Below are positions 1 through 7,905 of a stretch of 24,000 bases of DNA, piece by piece; the stretch's first letter is position 1, and each line of letters starts with the position of its first letter. The translations under genes and the position numbers were made by a program. Origin of the DNA: Listeria farberi (GTDB lineage: Bacteria > Bacillota > Bacilli > Lactobacillales > Listeriaceae); contig NZ_JAARZJ010000002.1 in assembly GCF_014229245.1 (NCBI RefSeq), positions 65,763-89,762 of the forward strand, in the 5' to 3' direction. The notes beneath the pieces were generated by a model, which was not told the DNA's origin, searched no databases, and saw only the letters and a program-made list of their open reading frames with translations.

Positions 1-35
1 TCATTCCTTTATTTAAATGACAGTAATATAAAAAT

Positions 36-85
36 AAGAGGCTTGGACATAGGGGATTTTAGCGCCCCTTATGTCCAAGCCTCTT
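36..85. terminator. Probable bidirectional intrinsic terminator
   Basis: AAGAGGCTTGGACATAGGGG ... CCCCTTATGTCCAAGCCTCTT, about 20 bp stem with one bulge; T-rich on both outer flanks; lies just 3' of the minus-strand ORF ending at 95. Confidence 0.85.
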
Positions 86-94
86 CTGCTATTT

Positions 95-598
95 TTATTC
101 TGCTACGATTGCTTTTGTTAAATCGTCGACAAAATCTTGTTTGTTTTCTGCTTTCGATGCTTCGGAAATTGCATCAATATCTTTCGGTTTATCATCCCAG
201 CGACCAGAATCTGCTGTTACTGCAATATGGATACTTTTATCTTTATTGTCATTCATAAAAGTGGTTACGTTTTCTGGGATATCATCGGACTGTACTGTAG
301 TGAATAGAACTACTTTGTCATAATCATCTGCTTTTACTTTGTCTAGTTTTGTTGTATCAATAATGGAAACATGTACGTTTTTACCTTCCATGTCTTTTTT
401 CACTTGGTCCATTACACTGTCTTTAAATTTACTACCTTGAGTTGCAAGTAATACATGATCTCCTGTAGCTGATTTGTTTATTTCGGCATTTTCAGTAACA
501 TCCATTGATTTAATAAAACGGTAGGATAACATTACTCCTGCAAATATTACTACTGCAATTCCTACGACGATTAAGCTGATTTTTAGTGGTTTTTTCAT
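95..598 (-). CDS. Membrane-anchored hypothetical protein, flavodoxin-like soluble part, last gene of ABC operon
   Basis: ORF track 95..631; the internal ATG at 598 (MKKPLKISL...) has an AAGAGG SD and is a better start than 631. N-terminal TM segment. Follows ABC transporter genes. Confidence 0.75.
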   Translation of the reverse strand: MKKPLKISLIVVGIAVVIFAGVMLSYRFIKSMDVTENAEINKSATGDHVLLATQGSKFKDSVMDQVKKDMEGKNVHVSIIDTTKLDKVKADDYDKVVLFTTVQSDDIPENVTTFMNDNKDKSIHIAVTADSGRWDDKPKDIDAISEASKAENKQDFVDDLTKAIVAE

Positions 599-627
599 TA
601 TTAAGTTCCTCTTTTCTGTTAGTTGGG

Positions 628-2628
628 TCATTCTGATCTTAAAGCTTCTGCTGCATCTAATTTTGCTGCTTTATTACTTGGATAAATCGAGAAAATAAAG
701 CCAATTGTAATTGTTATTGCGAGTGTGACAAGGAAATTCCAGAACGAAATGTGAATCATATCTTCAAAGCCAATTTTCGTTTCTAAAATAGGACTAGCTA
801 TTTTTGCAATTGTTACAGCGACAAGACTTGATAGTACATTAGCTAAAATAATAATATAGCTTGCTTCCATCATGAAAAGTCCGCGAATATGACGTTTACG
901 ATAACCAATTGCTCGGAATACACCGATTTCTCTTGTTCGTTCAACCACACCGATATAAAGCACAATAGCAATCATCACGCCAGCAACTGCAAGCGAAAGA
1001 CCTGCAATAAAGGCAATCAAGTACACAATAATATCGGTAAACTGGCTAAATGTATCTACGAAAGCATTCGCATTAGTAATCGAATAATTCGCCCAGTCTT
1101 TGTCATCCTCATATTTTTCAACGATTTCTTCTGCTTGTGCTGTTGTTTTTGTGAATGCATCCACAGATAAAATCGGTTTTTCAATACCAGTTGTTTTAAT
1201 AAAGTCGTTCATTGTTTTTGTTGAAACATCAAATCCTCTAGCAAAGCCTTCTTTAGATGGGTTAGTAATACCAGATATAGTTGTTTCTATTTTGACAGTA
1301 TTTTTTGTGTCGCTATTTCTTCCGGCATAAACTAAGGTTATTTTTTTACCAATAAGTTTATCACCATCACTTTTTGTTAATTCATCAGAATCCTTTTTTC
1401 CAAGAATTGCTCTTGCTACATTAGAAGGGATAACTGCTCCGACTTCATCACTTGTTACCATTTTCCCGCTTAGAAGATATTCATCTTTGACAGTCAAATC
1501 TTCATAGCGTGATGGCTTAAAGTTGGCTTCTTGCATTTCACCAGAAATACCTTTCAAGTATTCGCCATCGTATTCAAATTTAATGCCTTGGACAGTAGTG
1601 CGTTCATATATTTCTGTAATATTTTCATCTTCATACAGCTGCTTAATTTTCTTAATCTCACTACTTGTTAGTGGAGTGGTAGGTTCAGGTGATTTCGAGC
1701 CACCATCTTCTTTATAATAAGTCGTAATCTGATTGGGTGAAAAAGTTGTTCCAAAAATCTTTGAAAGACTTTGATTCACTCCATTTCCAAGTCCAAATGC
1801 TAACAAAATAGCGATAATACCAATCGAGGTTCCAAGTGCTACAAGCAAATTCCTAAACTTTCTATTGAAAAAACTTTTAAAAGAAATTTTAGCAGTAGCC
1901 CACCAGTTTAGTCTTAACTTTTTTTCGTTTTTGTGACTAACTTTTTGGATGACTTCTTTTTTTCTTTCAAATGAAATTACTTCTCCATCTGCTAAGCGTA
2001 ATACTGCATCAGTTTGGTCCGCAATGTTTAAATCATGGGTTACAACAATAACGGTTGTACCTTTTGCTGCTAAATCCTTAAGCAGTTTAATAATTTCATC
2101 TGATGTAACACTATCGAGTGCTCCAGTTGGTTCATCTGCTATAATCATATCTGGATTATTAGCGAGAGACCTTGCAATCGCCACCCTTTGTTTTTGTCCA
2201 CCAGATAGTTGTGTTGGTTTTTTACTAGCAAAGTCTTCTAGTCCAACTTGTTTCAGCAAATCAAGTGCTCTCGCATTTCGATCACTTTCTGATAATTCAG
2301 GATTCAAATATAAAGGAACTTTTACATTTTCAATGACTGACATATGATTGACTAGATGAAAGCTTTGAAAAATAAAGCCGATGTGATTAAAATGATATGC
2401 ATCTAAATCAATATCCTGTAAATTTTCTCCATTGTATAAAACTTGACCTTCGTAGTCAGTGTCAAGTCCACTAATAATATTTAGTAACGTAGACTTCCCA
2501 CTACCACTCTTTCCTATAATTGCTGCAAATTCTCCGTCTTGAATGGTTACATTGATATTTTTCAAAACTGGTGTTTCGTTTTTCTTTCCTAACTTATAAG
2601 ACTTTTTAAGGTGTTTAACTTCTAACAT
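628..2628 (-). CDS. ABC transporter, fused ATP-binding and FtsX/MacB-like permease protein
   Basis: Walker A GKSGSGKST, signature LSGGQKQR, Walker B IIADEPTGALD; C-terminal FtsX-like permease with 'ERTREIGVFRAIGYRKRHI'. Confidence 0.93.
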   Translation of the reverse strand: MLEVKHLKKSYKLGKKNETPVLKNINVTIQDGEFAAIIGKSGSGKSTLLNIISGLDTDYEGQVLYNGENLQDIDLDAYHFNHIGFIFQSFHLVNHMSVIENVKVPLYLNPELSESDRNARALDLLKQVGLEDFASKKPTQLSGGQKQRVAIARSLANNPDMIIADEPTGALDSVTSDEIIKLLKDLAAKGTTVIVVTHDLNIADQTDAVLRLADGEVISFERKKEVIQKVSHKNEKKLRLNWWATAKISFKSFFNRKFRNLLVALGTSIGIIAILLAFGLGNGVNQSLSKIFGTTFSPNQITTYYKEDGGSKSPEPTTPLTSSEIKKIKQLYEDENITEIYERTTVQGIKFEYDGEYLKGISGEMQEANFKPSRYEDLTVKDEYLLSGKMVTSDEVGAVIPSNVARAILGKKDSDELTKSDGDKLIGKKITLVYAGRNSDTKNTVKIETTISGITNPSKEGFARGFDVSTKTMNDFIKTTGIEKPILSVDAFTKTTAQAEEIVEKYEDDKDWANYSITNANAFVDTFSQFTDIIVYLIAFIAGLSLAVAGVMIAIVLYIGVVERTREIGVFRAIGYRKRHIRGLFMMEASYIIILANVLSSLVAVTIAKIASPILETKIGFEDMIHISFWNFLVTLAITITIGFIFSIYPSNKAAKLDAAEALRSE

Positions 2629-2642
2629 TTATTCTCCTACTT

Positions 2643-3347
2643 TCAAATAGTATCCATTTTTTTTGATTTCATATAGATGTAACTTCCTGCAATCACTGAA
2701 CATAAGCCAATATTCCAAACAATAGATAGAAGGGAAATATCAAAGTGTCCATTAGGTAAAATGGAAATGATTCCAGCACTGTTATAAATATGCAAGTAGT
2801 ATTCAGCTAGTAAATTGACAATTAGGATAGCAAAAAGAAGTAGAATAACTGCCGCTTTTTGAAGAGAACTTGCTTTCACATGATCTTTTAACCACCCTAC
2901 CGGAATAACGAAGTAACAAACAAACATAGCGATAAATAAGAACATCATCAGCGTTCCAGATACAAACGATAACGCATCGCCTGCTTCCATACGTCCTGTT
3001 TCAAAACCGTAATACCAAATAAAGGCACTTTGAAGTAAAATTACTGTTATTGCTGATAAATAAGCAGCAAATAGTTTTCCAAAAAATTTCTTTGTTTCCG
3101 AAAATCCAGAAAGTGAAGCGAGCGTTAAGTTTTCTTTCGATGTGTCGAGTTTCGTGATTTTCCAAGTAGTGATAAGAACTAGAATTAAGCTCATCACCGT
3201 AGTTCCTCGAATCGCTCTAAAAAGCAAATCCGATCCCTCCAGCAGATTCATTGTGAACCCTAGAAAGTTCAGCCCTAAGATAATTGCAAGTCCAATCAAA
3301 AGAATAGGACTAATTTGTTTTAAATAAAAAGTAATAATTTTTGTCAT
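2643..3347 (-). CDS. ABC-2-like membrane permease subunit
   Basis: Six hydrophobic segments, overlaps the ATPase gene start (3344-3347) in an operon arrangement. Confidence 0.75.
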   Translation of the reverse strand: MTKIITFYLKQISPILLIGLAIILGLNFLGFTMNLLEGSDLLFRAIRGTTVMSLILVLITTWKITKLDTSKENLTLASLSGFSETKKFFGKLFAAYLSAITVILLQSAFIWYYGFETGRMEAGDALSFVSGTLMMFLFIAMFVCYFVIPVGWLKDHVKASSLQKAAVILLLFAILIVNLLAEYYLHIYNSAGIISILPNGHFDISLLSIVWNIGLCSVIAGSYIYMKSKKMDTI

Positions 3348-4033
3348 TTGTTCATTTCCTCCTTATAGAAATCGATTAATGAGTTGCCTGTTTCCTCGCG
3401 ATAAGATTCTGTTTCTATCGTTTTTAATGTGTTATCTTTAATTAACCAAAGTTTGTTATATAATTTTTCCGTACCTTCTAAATGATGCGAAGAAATAATC
3501 GTGATAACATCGGGTTCTGTTTCGCTAATAATAGCTTTCATTACTTCTGAACGAGCCATAATATCAATACTTGCAAAAGGCTCATCATAGAGATATACTT
3601 TGGCTTTTCTTGCTAATACACTGCCAATCTTTACTTTCATCAACATGCCTGTCGATAATTCACCAAGTTTTAGCCGTTTATTAATGCTCCATTTAGAAAG
3701 TAGTCTTTCCCACTTATCTAACTCCATGTTTTCAAAAAGAAGTGCATGTTGTTTCATAAATTCTTCTATAGTAGTACTTTTTTTAGCGTAAAGTTCATTG
3801 TTCAAGTATGCAATTTTCTGGCGGATATCATTTGTAGTAAAAAATTCATTGTCTAATTCTAATGTACCGCTATCCGGTTTTTTCAAATTTGCCAACATAT
3901 CTAGCAAAGTTGTTTTGCCGCTACCATTTTCACCAGTGAGTACAATCATGTCGCCTGGTTTTGCTTCGAAATTCAAGTTTTGTAACACTAGTTTATTTGG
4001 ATATGATTTAGCAATATTATTTCCCACTAGCAT
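3344..4033 (-). CDS. ABC transporter ATP-binding protein
   Basis: Walker A GENGSGKTT, 'LSTGMLMKVKIG' signature variant, Walker B 'VYLYDEPF'. Confidence 0.9.
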   Translation of the reverse strand: MLVGNNIAKSYPNKLVLQNLNFEAKPGDMIVLTGENGSGKTTLLDMLANLKKPDSGTLELDNEFFTTNDIRQKIAYLNNELYAKKSTTIEEFMKQHALLFENMELDKWERLLSKWSINKRLKLGELSTGMLMKVKIGSVLARKAKVYLYDEPFASIDIMARSEVMKAIISETEPDVITIISSHHLEGTEKLYNKLWLIKDNTLKTIETESYREETGNSLIDFYKEEMNK

Positions 4034-4394
4034 TTGCTTCAGCCCCCTCTACTTTTTTCACCCAAGCAATAATTTTTTCTTTATCAATTCCTAGTTTACT
4101 CATTTCATTGATAAAATTTTTGGTAAGTTGTTTTGCGATGTCATTTTCCAATTGCTCAATTCTCCTCTTATCTTCTGTCAAATATTTACCAGTACCTCGA
4201 ACGGTGAAAATAATTGCCGCTTCTTCCAGTTCCGCATAAGCTCTCTGGATGGTTGTCGGATTTACTTCTAACTTTGTTGCTAATTCTCTTACAGATAGTA
4301 GCTTGTCACCAGCTTTGTAAATTCCTGTAACAATTTCTGTATGAATATAATGAACGATTTGTTTATAAATGGGTTTACTATCATCAAACTTCAT
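4017..4394 (-). CDS. GntR family transcriptional regulator, YtrA subfamily
   Basis: 'PIYKQIVHYIHTEIVTGIYKAGDKLLSVRELATKLEVNPTTIQRAYAELEEAAIIFTVRGTGKYL' is a typical GntR wHTH. Start moved from 4427 to 4394 because GAAAGGAGG lies just upstream of ATG AAA TTT. Confidence 0.92.
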   Translation of the reverse strand: MKFDDSKPIYKQIVHYIHTEIVTGIYKAGDKLLSVRELATKLEVNPTTIQRAYAELEEAAIIFTVRGTGKYLTEDKRRIEQLENDIAKQLTKNFINEMSKLGIDKEKIIAWVKKVEGAEANASGK

Positions 4395-4574
4395 AATTTC
4401 CTCCTTTCGCCTGTCTGTCCGTATCACCGTACCACCTGGGTCACACTGGCTATGAATGTACTATATCAAATGAAAATCGCTCCTTTTATACATTAAATAT
4501 ACCTAAAAGACTTTTTTTATTGCTCCAAAAAAAAATTTTGATTATAAATGTATACAATAAGCCGATTTAAACAA

Positions 4575-4621
4575 TGTCACAAACTGTTCATAATTCTTTT
4601 TTTTAAGAAATAGCGTATAAT
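4575..4621 (+). promoter_or_regulatory. Probable activator-dependent promoter of the Crp/Fnr gene
   Basis: -10 TATAAT at 4616-4621, poor -35 (attctt at 4593), TGTCACAAACTGTTCA element upstream. Confidence 0.45.
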
Positions 4622-4658
4622 AAAATGGTAATTATTTTAAAATAAGGGGGGAACTATA

Positions 4659-5318
4659 ATGCCAGAGAAACTTAACACTGTGCTTGGTTATTTAAAAGAA
4701 TTTCCAGATTACTATAAATATGTAACGAAGAAAACCTATACTGTAAATGAAAAAATAATTTTTGAAGAAGAAAAAGCGAAAAATATCTTTTTTATCGTGG
4801 AAGGCTATGCTGCAGTTGAATTAGAGGATAATTTAAGAAAAACAAACTACATTTCCATCTTTGTTCTTCCATATAATGTTTTAGGAATCGATGCATTTTC
4901 CTCTTATCCAAAGAAAAAACATAGTATTACTGTCATGAGTGAACATTTAATGCTCTATAAAATAGATGCTGACTTTTTACTCAACATATTATCAATCAAA
5001 CCTGATGTAAATGATTTTCTTTTAACAAGTATTGCGGATGTTTTTGCTCGCCACTATGCACTACTTGGAATGATTGCAAAAACGCCTAAAGAACGGATTT
5101 ACATGGCTCTAGAAAATCTTGCTGTAGAGATGGGTACTGAAGATGAAGAAAGAAATGAAATGGTGTTACCAAACTTTATCAATCAGTCAGTCCTTGCAAG
5201 ATATTGCCGCACAACCCAGCCAAACATATCCAATTTACTAACAGAACTTGTGGAAGAAGAATTCTTAATCAATAAAAAAAGCCCTTATCGGATAGATAAG
5301 GACTCCTTAGATATTTAA
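4659..5318 (+). CDS. Crp/Fnr family transcriptional regulator (PrfA-like superfamily member)
   Basis: cNMP-binding-like beta roll and C-terminal HTH 'LPNFINQSVLARYCRTTQPNISNLLTELVEEEFLI'; SD AAGGGGGG upstream. Confidence 0.85.
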   Translation: MPEKLNTVLGYLKEFPDYYKYVTKKTYTVNEKIIFEEEKAKNIFFIVEGYAAVELEDNLRKTNYISIFVLPYNVLGIDAFSSYPKKKHSITVMSEHLMLYKIDADFLLNILSIKPDVNDFLLTSIADVFARHYALLGMIAKTPKERIYMALENLAVEMGTEDEERNEMVLPNFINQSVLARYCRTTQPNISNLLTELVEEEFLINKKSPYRIDKDSLDI

Positions 5319-7204
5319 TTTTGTTTGTGCTTACGGTGTAATAGTCTAAGAGCTGCAAATACAAACATTAAACCAAACATACTATACAAAACGCTATCCC
5401 AAAGTTTATCGCCAGTAGTTGGAAGTTTTAATTTTTCAGCTATAGTTGGTTTTTCGCTTTGGGTTGGCGTTATTTTTATTGTTTCAGTCTTTTCAACTGT
5501 TGCTTGGTGTTTTGTAACTGGTGTAGTTTCGTTGACTGATTTTTCTGGAATGACAGGATTTGATGGTGTAACTGGGGGCGCTGGAATAGCTTTTTCTTTA
5601 ACCGTTACCTTAATCGTTATTGATTCGCCACCAAAGCTATAAGTTACCGGATAAATACCTGCTTTCGTGGTGTCAACTTTACCGTCCACTTGCACCTCAC
5701 TAAAGGAAACAGCGGTACCGACTGAATCTATCGCACCATCAAAATTGTCCTCTCCGCTCCATGCATCATCTACATAAATCGTCGAATCGTGTGCTTTAAT
5801 TTTCGCAGGTACTGCTTGATAAACATAAGTGACTGTTTGCGCGTTTGTTTCGAATACGCCACTTGCATTTGCTGGTAGTTTACTTTCATCTAATGTAAAT
5901 CCAGCAATTTCTTTTGCTCCAGCTTGATACGTATCATCTAGTTTCCCTGTTAACATATCTGAAGTGGTTAGTTCCTCGCCATTTTGGTTTACATATTTTA
6001 CTGTGACTGGTGCGCCATCTGCTTTTTTATATACATAAGTCACCGTTTGCTCGTCTAAGCTAAGTGTACCGGTCGCATTTCCTGGGAGTTGGTCCGTATC
6101 AAGTTCATATTTATCAATTGATAGTTCATATTCAGGTGTCGTCACATCGTAATCATCGCCTACATTACCACTTACTGTTTGCGGCTCATGAATTTCTGCT
6201 CCTGTTTCATCCACATACTTAACCGTCAGATCCTTTGCTTTGACTGGTAAAATATCAATTAAAAAAGAGGCTTGGGTTTGAGGGTTGTTAGTCGCATGAT
6301 CAAGAACTACATTAATGACGTGTATACCTGATTTAAAATTAGTTAATGGAATGCTTACATCTGAAGTGAGCACTCCGTCATAAAGTACTTTACCATCATT
6401 CATATCAGTAAGCGTCACATCATGTCCATCAAACAATTCCGTGTCAAACATAAATACTGCTTGTAAATTAATAAATGTAGTACTATTTTTTTTAAATGGT
6501 GTAAGTGTCATATCATTAGTTAGATTAGAAATAAAAGAATTATTTGCTTTAATATGCCCACTATATTCTGGTGTACTAGCTGGATAAATAAACGTATATG
6601 CTGAATAAACGCTTGGTTCTGGTGCTTGACTGTTAATCGTCACTTGGTTTCCTGAAACATTCACTTCATTTGCGCCAGTCCTATTTTCATACAAACTTAA
6701 AGGTAGTTGCCCGACTAATTTATTACCTTGCAAAGCGATGGAAGGAATATTTCCAAGGCCATCCGGAATTTTTCCTGAGAATTGATTATAATCTAAGCGC
6801 AGTTCTGTTAATTTTTGTAATTCACCTAATTCGCTAGGAATCTCCCCTGATAAATTATTACTATATAGTAACAGTTTTTCGAGAGACACTAGATTTTTAA
6901 TTTCTGGTGGGACTTCTCCCGTAAGCGACCTATTGCTTAAAGAAATGGTCTTAATCTTAGCCAAATCCTCAAAAGTTAGATCAACACCGACTTTTTTCGG
7001 CGCTAATTGTCTATTTACCTCATTGATTAACCACGCTTGACTTCCTAAATCTTCAGAAGTAACAATATCTGTATTACTTTGATTTAAATTAATTGGTTGA
7101 TTTGTTTCTTTTGTTGTCTCTGATGCTACTCCAGAAATAGGATGACCCCAAACAAAATTTAATGAGAGAACAACAGCAGAAAGACAAAGAAAAGCTTTTT
7201 TCAT
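5315..7204 (-). CDS. LPXTG-anchored leucine-rich repeat surface protein (internalin-like) with MucBP-like repeats
   Basis: Signal peptide, LRRs of the GxIPxxLxxLxxLxxLxLxxNxLS type, two 'VKYV(D/N)...G' MucBP-like domains, Ig-like/DUF5011-like 'STIYVDDAWSGEDNFDG' domain, LPTTGD sorting signal plus TM and basic tail. Confidence 0.9.
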   Translation of the reverse strand: MKKAFLCLSAVVLSLNFVWGHPISGVASETTKETNQPINLNQSNTDIVTSEDLGSQAWLINEVNRQLAPKKVGVDLTFEDLAKIKTISLSNRSLTGEVPPEIKNLVSLEKLLLYSNNLSGEIPSELGELQKLTELRLDYNQFSGKIPDGLGNIPSIALQGNKLVGQLPLSLYENRTGANEVNVSGNQVTINSQAPEPSVYSAYTFIYPASTPEYSGHIKANNSFISNLTNDMTLTPFKKNSTTFINLQAVFMFDTELFDGHDVTLTDMNDGKVLYDGVLTSDVSIPLTNFKSGIHVINVVLDHATNNPQTQASFLIDILPVKAKDLTVKYVDETGAEIHEPQTVSGNVGDDYDVTTPEYELSIDKYELDTDQLPGNATGTLSLDEQTVTYVYKKADGAPVTVKYVNQNGEELTTSDMLTGKLDDTYQAGAKEIAGFTLDESKLPANASGVFETNAQTVTYVYQAVPAKIKAHDSTIYVDDAWSGEDNFDGAIDSVGTAVSFSEVQVDGKVDTTKAGIYPVTYSFGGESITIKVTVKEKAIPAPPVTPSNPVIPEKSVNETTPVTKHQATVEKTETIKITPTQSEKPTIAEKLKLPTTGDKLWDSVLYSMFGLMFVFAALRLLHRKHKQN

Positions 7205-7241
7205 TAGTGTATAACCTCCAGTGTTTTTGATTACTCCTAAA

Positions 7242-7305
7242 ATTATACGCTAAACAATAGTATTAAAATGCCTTATAAGGTACCTAAAATTGTCATTTGT
7301 GAACA
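7242..7305 (-). promoter_or_regulatory. Probable promoter and regulatory element of the LRR gene
   Basis: TATAAT at 7247-7242 (minus strand) preceded by TAGCG; no good -35; TGTTCACAAATGACA at 7305-7291. Confidence 0.45.
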
Positions 7306-7377
7306 TTTTTCGAACATTTTGCATCATAAAAGTAGCGAGTCTTTTGAATTCCAGGTATTTCCCTTTGACAAATCCAC

Positions 7378-7602
7378 TCAAAAAATCGAAAATAATTGCA
7401 ACGGACAAAAAAGATTATCCTGAGAATTAAAAGCATACAATACATTGATATTACTTGTTTTACTATTCGAAAAAGAGTTTAAATTAATACTTTCCAAATA
7501 GTTCCCTTCATCCTCAAGAGCATCCAAAATAATTGCAAAACAGTTAAAATCATGTCTTAATTTAAACATCCCCTTTTTTTCGCGATTTTCATAATTAGTC
7601 AC
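7378..7602 (-). CDS. Hypothetical small ORF, doubtful
   Basis: Open frame of 74 aa in an AT-rich intergenic region; no convincing SD for the first ATG, no recognised family. Confidence 0.25.
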   Translation of the reverse strand: MTNYENREKKGMFKLRHDFNCFAIILDALEDEGNYLESINLNSFSNSKTSNINVLYAFNSQDNLFCPLQLFSIF

Positions 7603-7863
7603 TAAATAGTCACATTTAAGAAACTATATGCAGTTTTCAAGTCTGATTTTAGTGCTTCGATAATATAGAAAAGGACTAAAATCAACTCATAAATTATAAT
7701 AAATCTATAATAAAAGCAGACTCATGCACGATAGATATGCCAAAACTTTCAAAAAATGGTGATAAGCGTCCATTAATTTCTTCATTAGTAGGAATGTTCT
7801 TTTTAAGTTCTGCCATTATTTTTTGGAGAAAAAATCCTCTGTAATTCCGAATAATGGTTAATA

Positions 7864-7898
7864 AAAAAAGACGATAAACCTCGGTTTATCGTCTTTTT
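7864..7898. terminator. Intrinsic terminator of LRR gene
   Basis: AAAAAGACGATAAACC tc GGTTTATCGTCTTTTT. Confidence 0.9.
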
Positions 7899-7905
7899 AA
7901 ATGGT

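Noticed and set aside
43-258. 71-aa plus-strand ORF
   Set aside because: Overlaps the terminator hairpin and runs antisense to the small membrane protein gene; no SD, composition not protein-like.
889-2347. Plus-strand ORFs 889-1170, 1100-1330, 1523-1717 and 1949-2347
   Set aside because: All antisense inside the well-supported ABC transporter gene; Ser/Cys-rich shadow translations without SD.
4395-4450. YtrA-type palindromic operator before the GntR gene (GTATCACCGTACCACCTGGGTCACAC)
   Set aside because: Some symmetric short blocks are present but the arms are too short and imperfect to define an operator from sequence alone.
4560-4592. PrfA box upstream of the Crp/Fnr gene
   Set aside because: AACAATGTCACAAACTGTT does not fit TTAACA-NN-TGTTAA; treated as a separate Crp/Fnr-type element instead.
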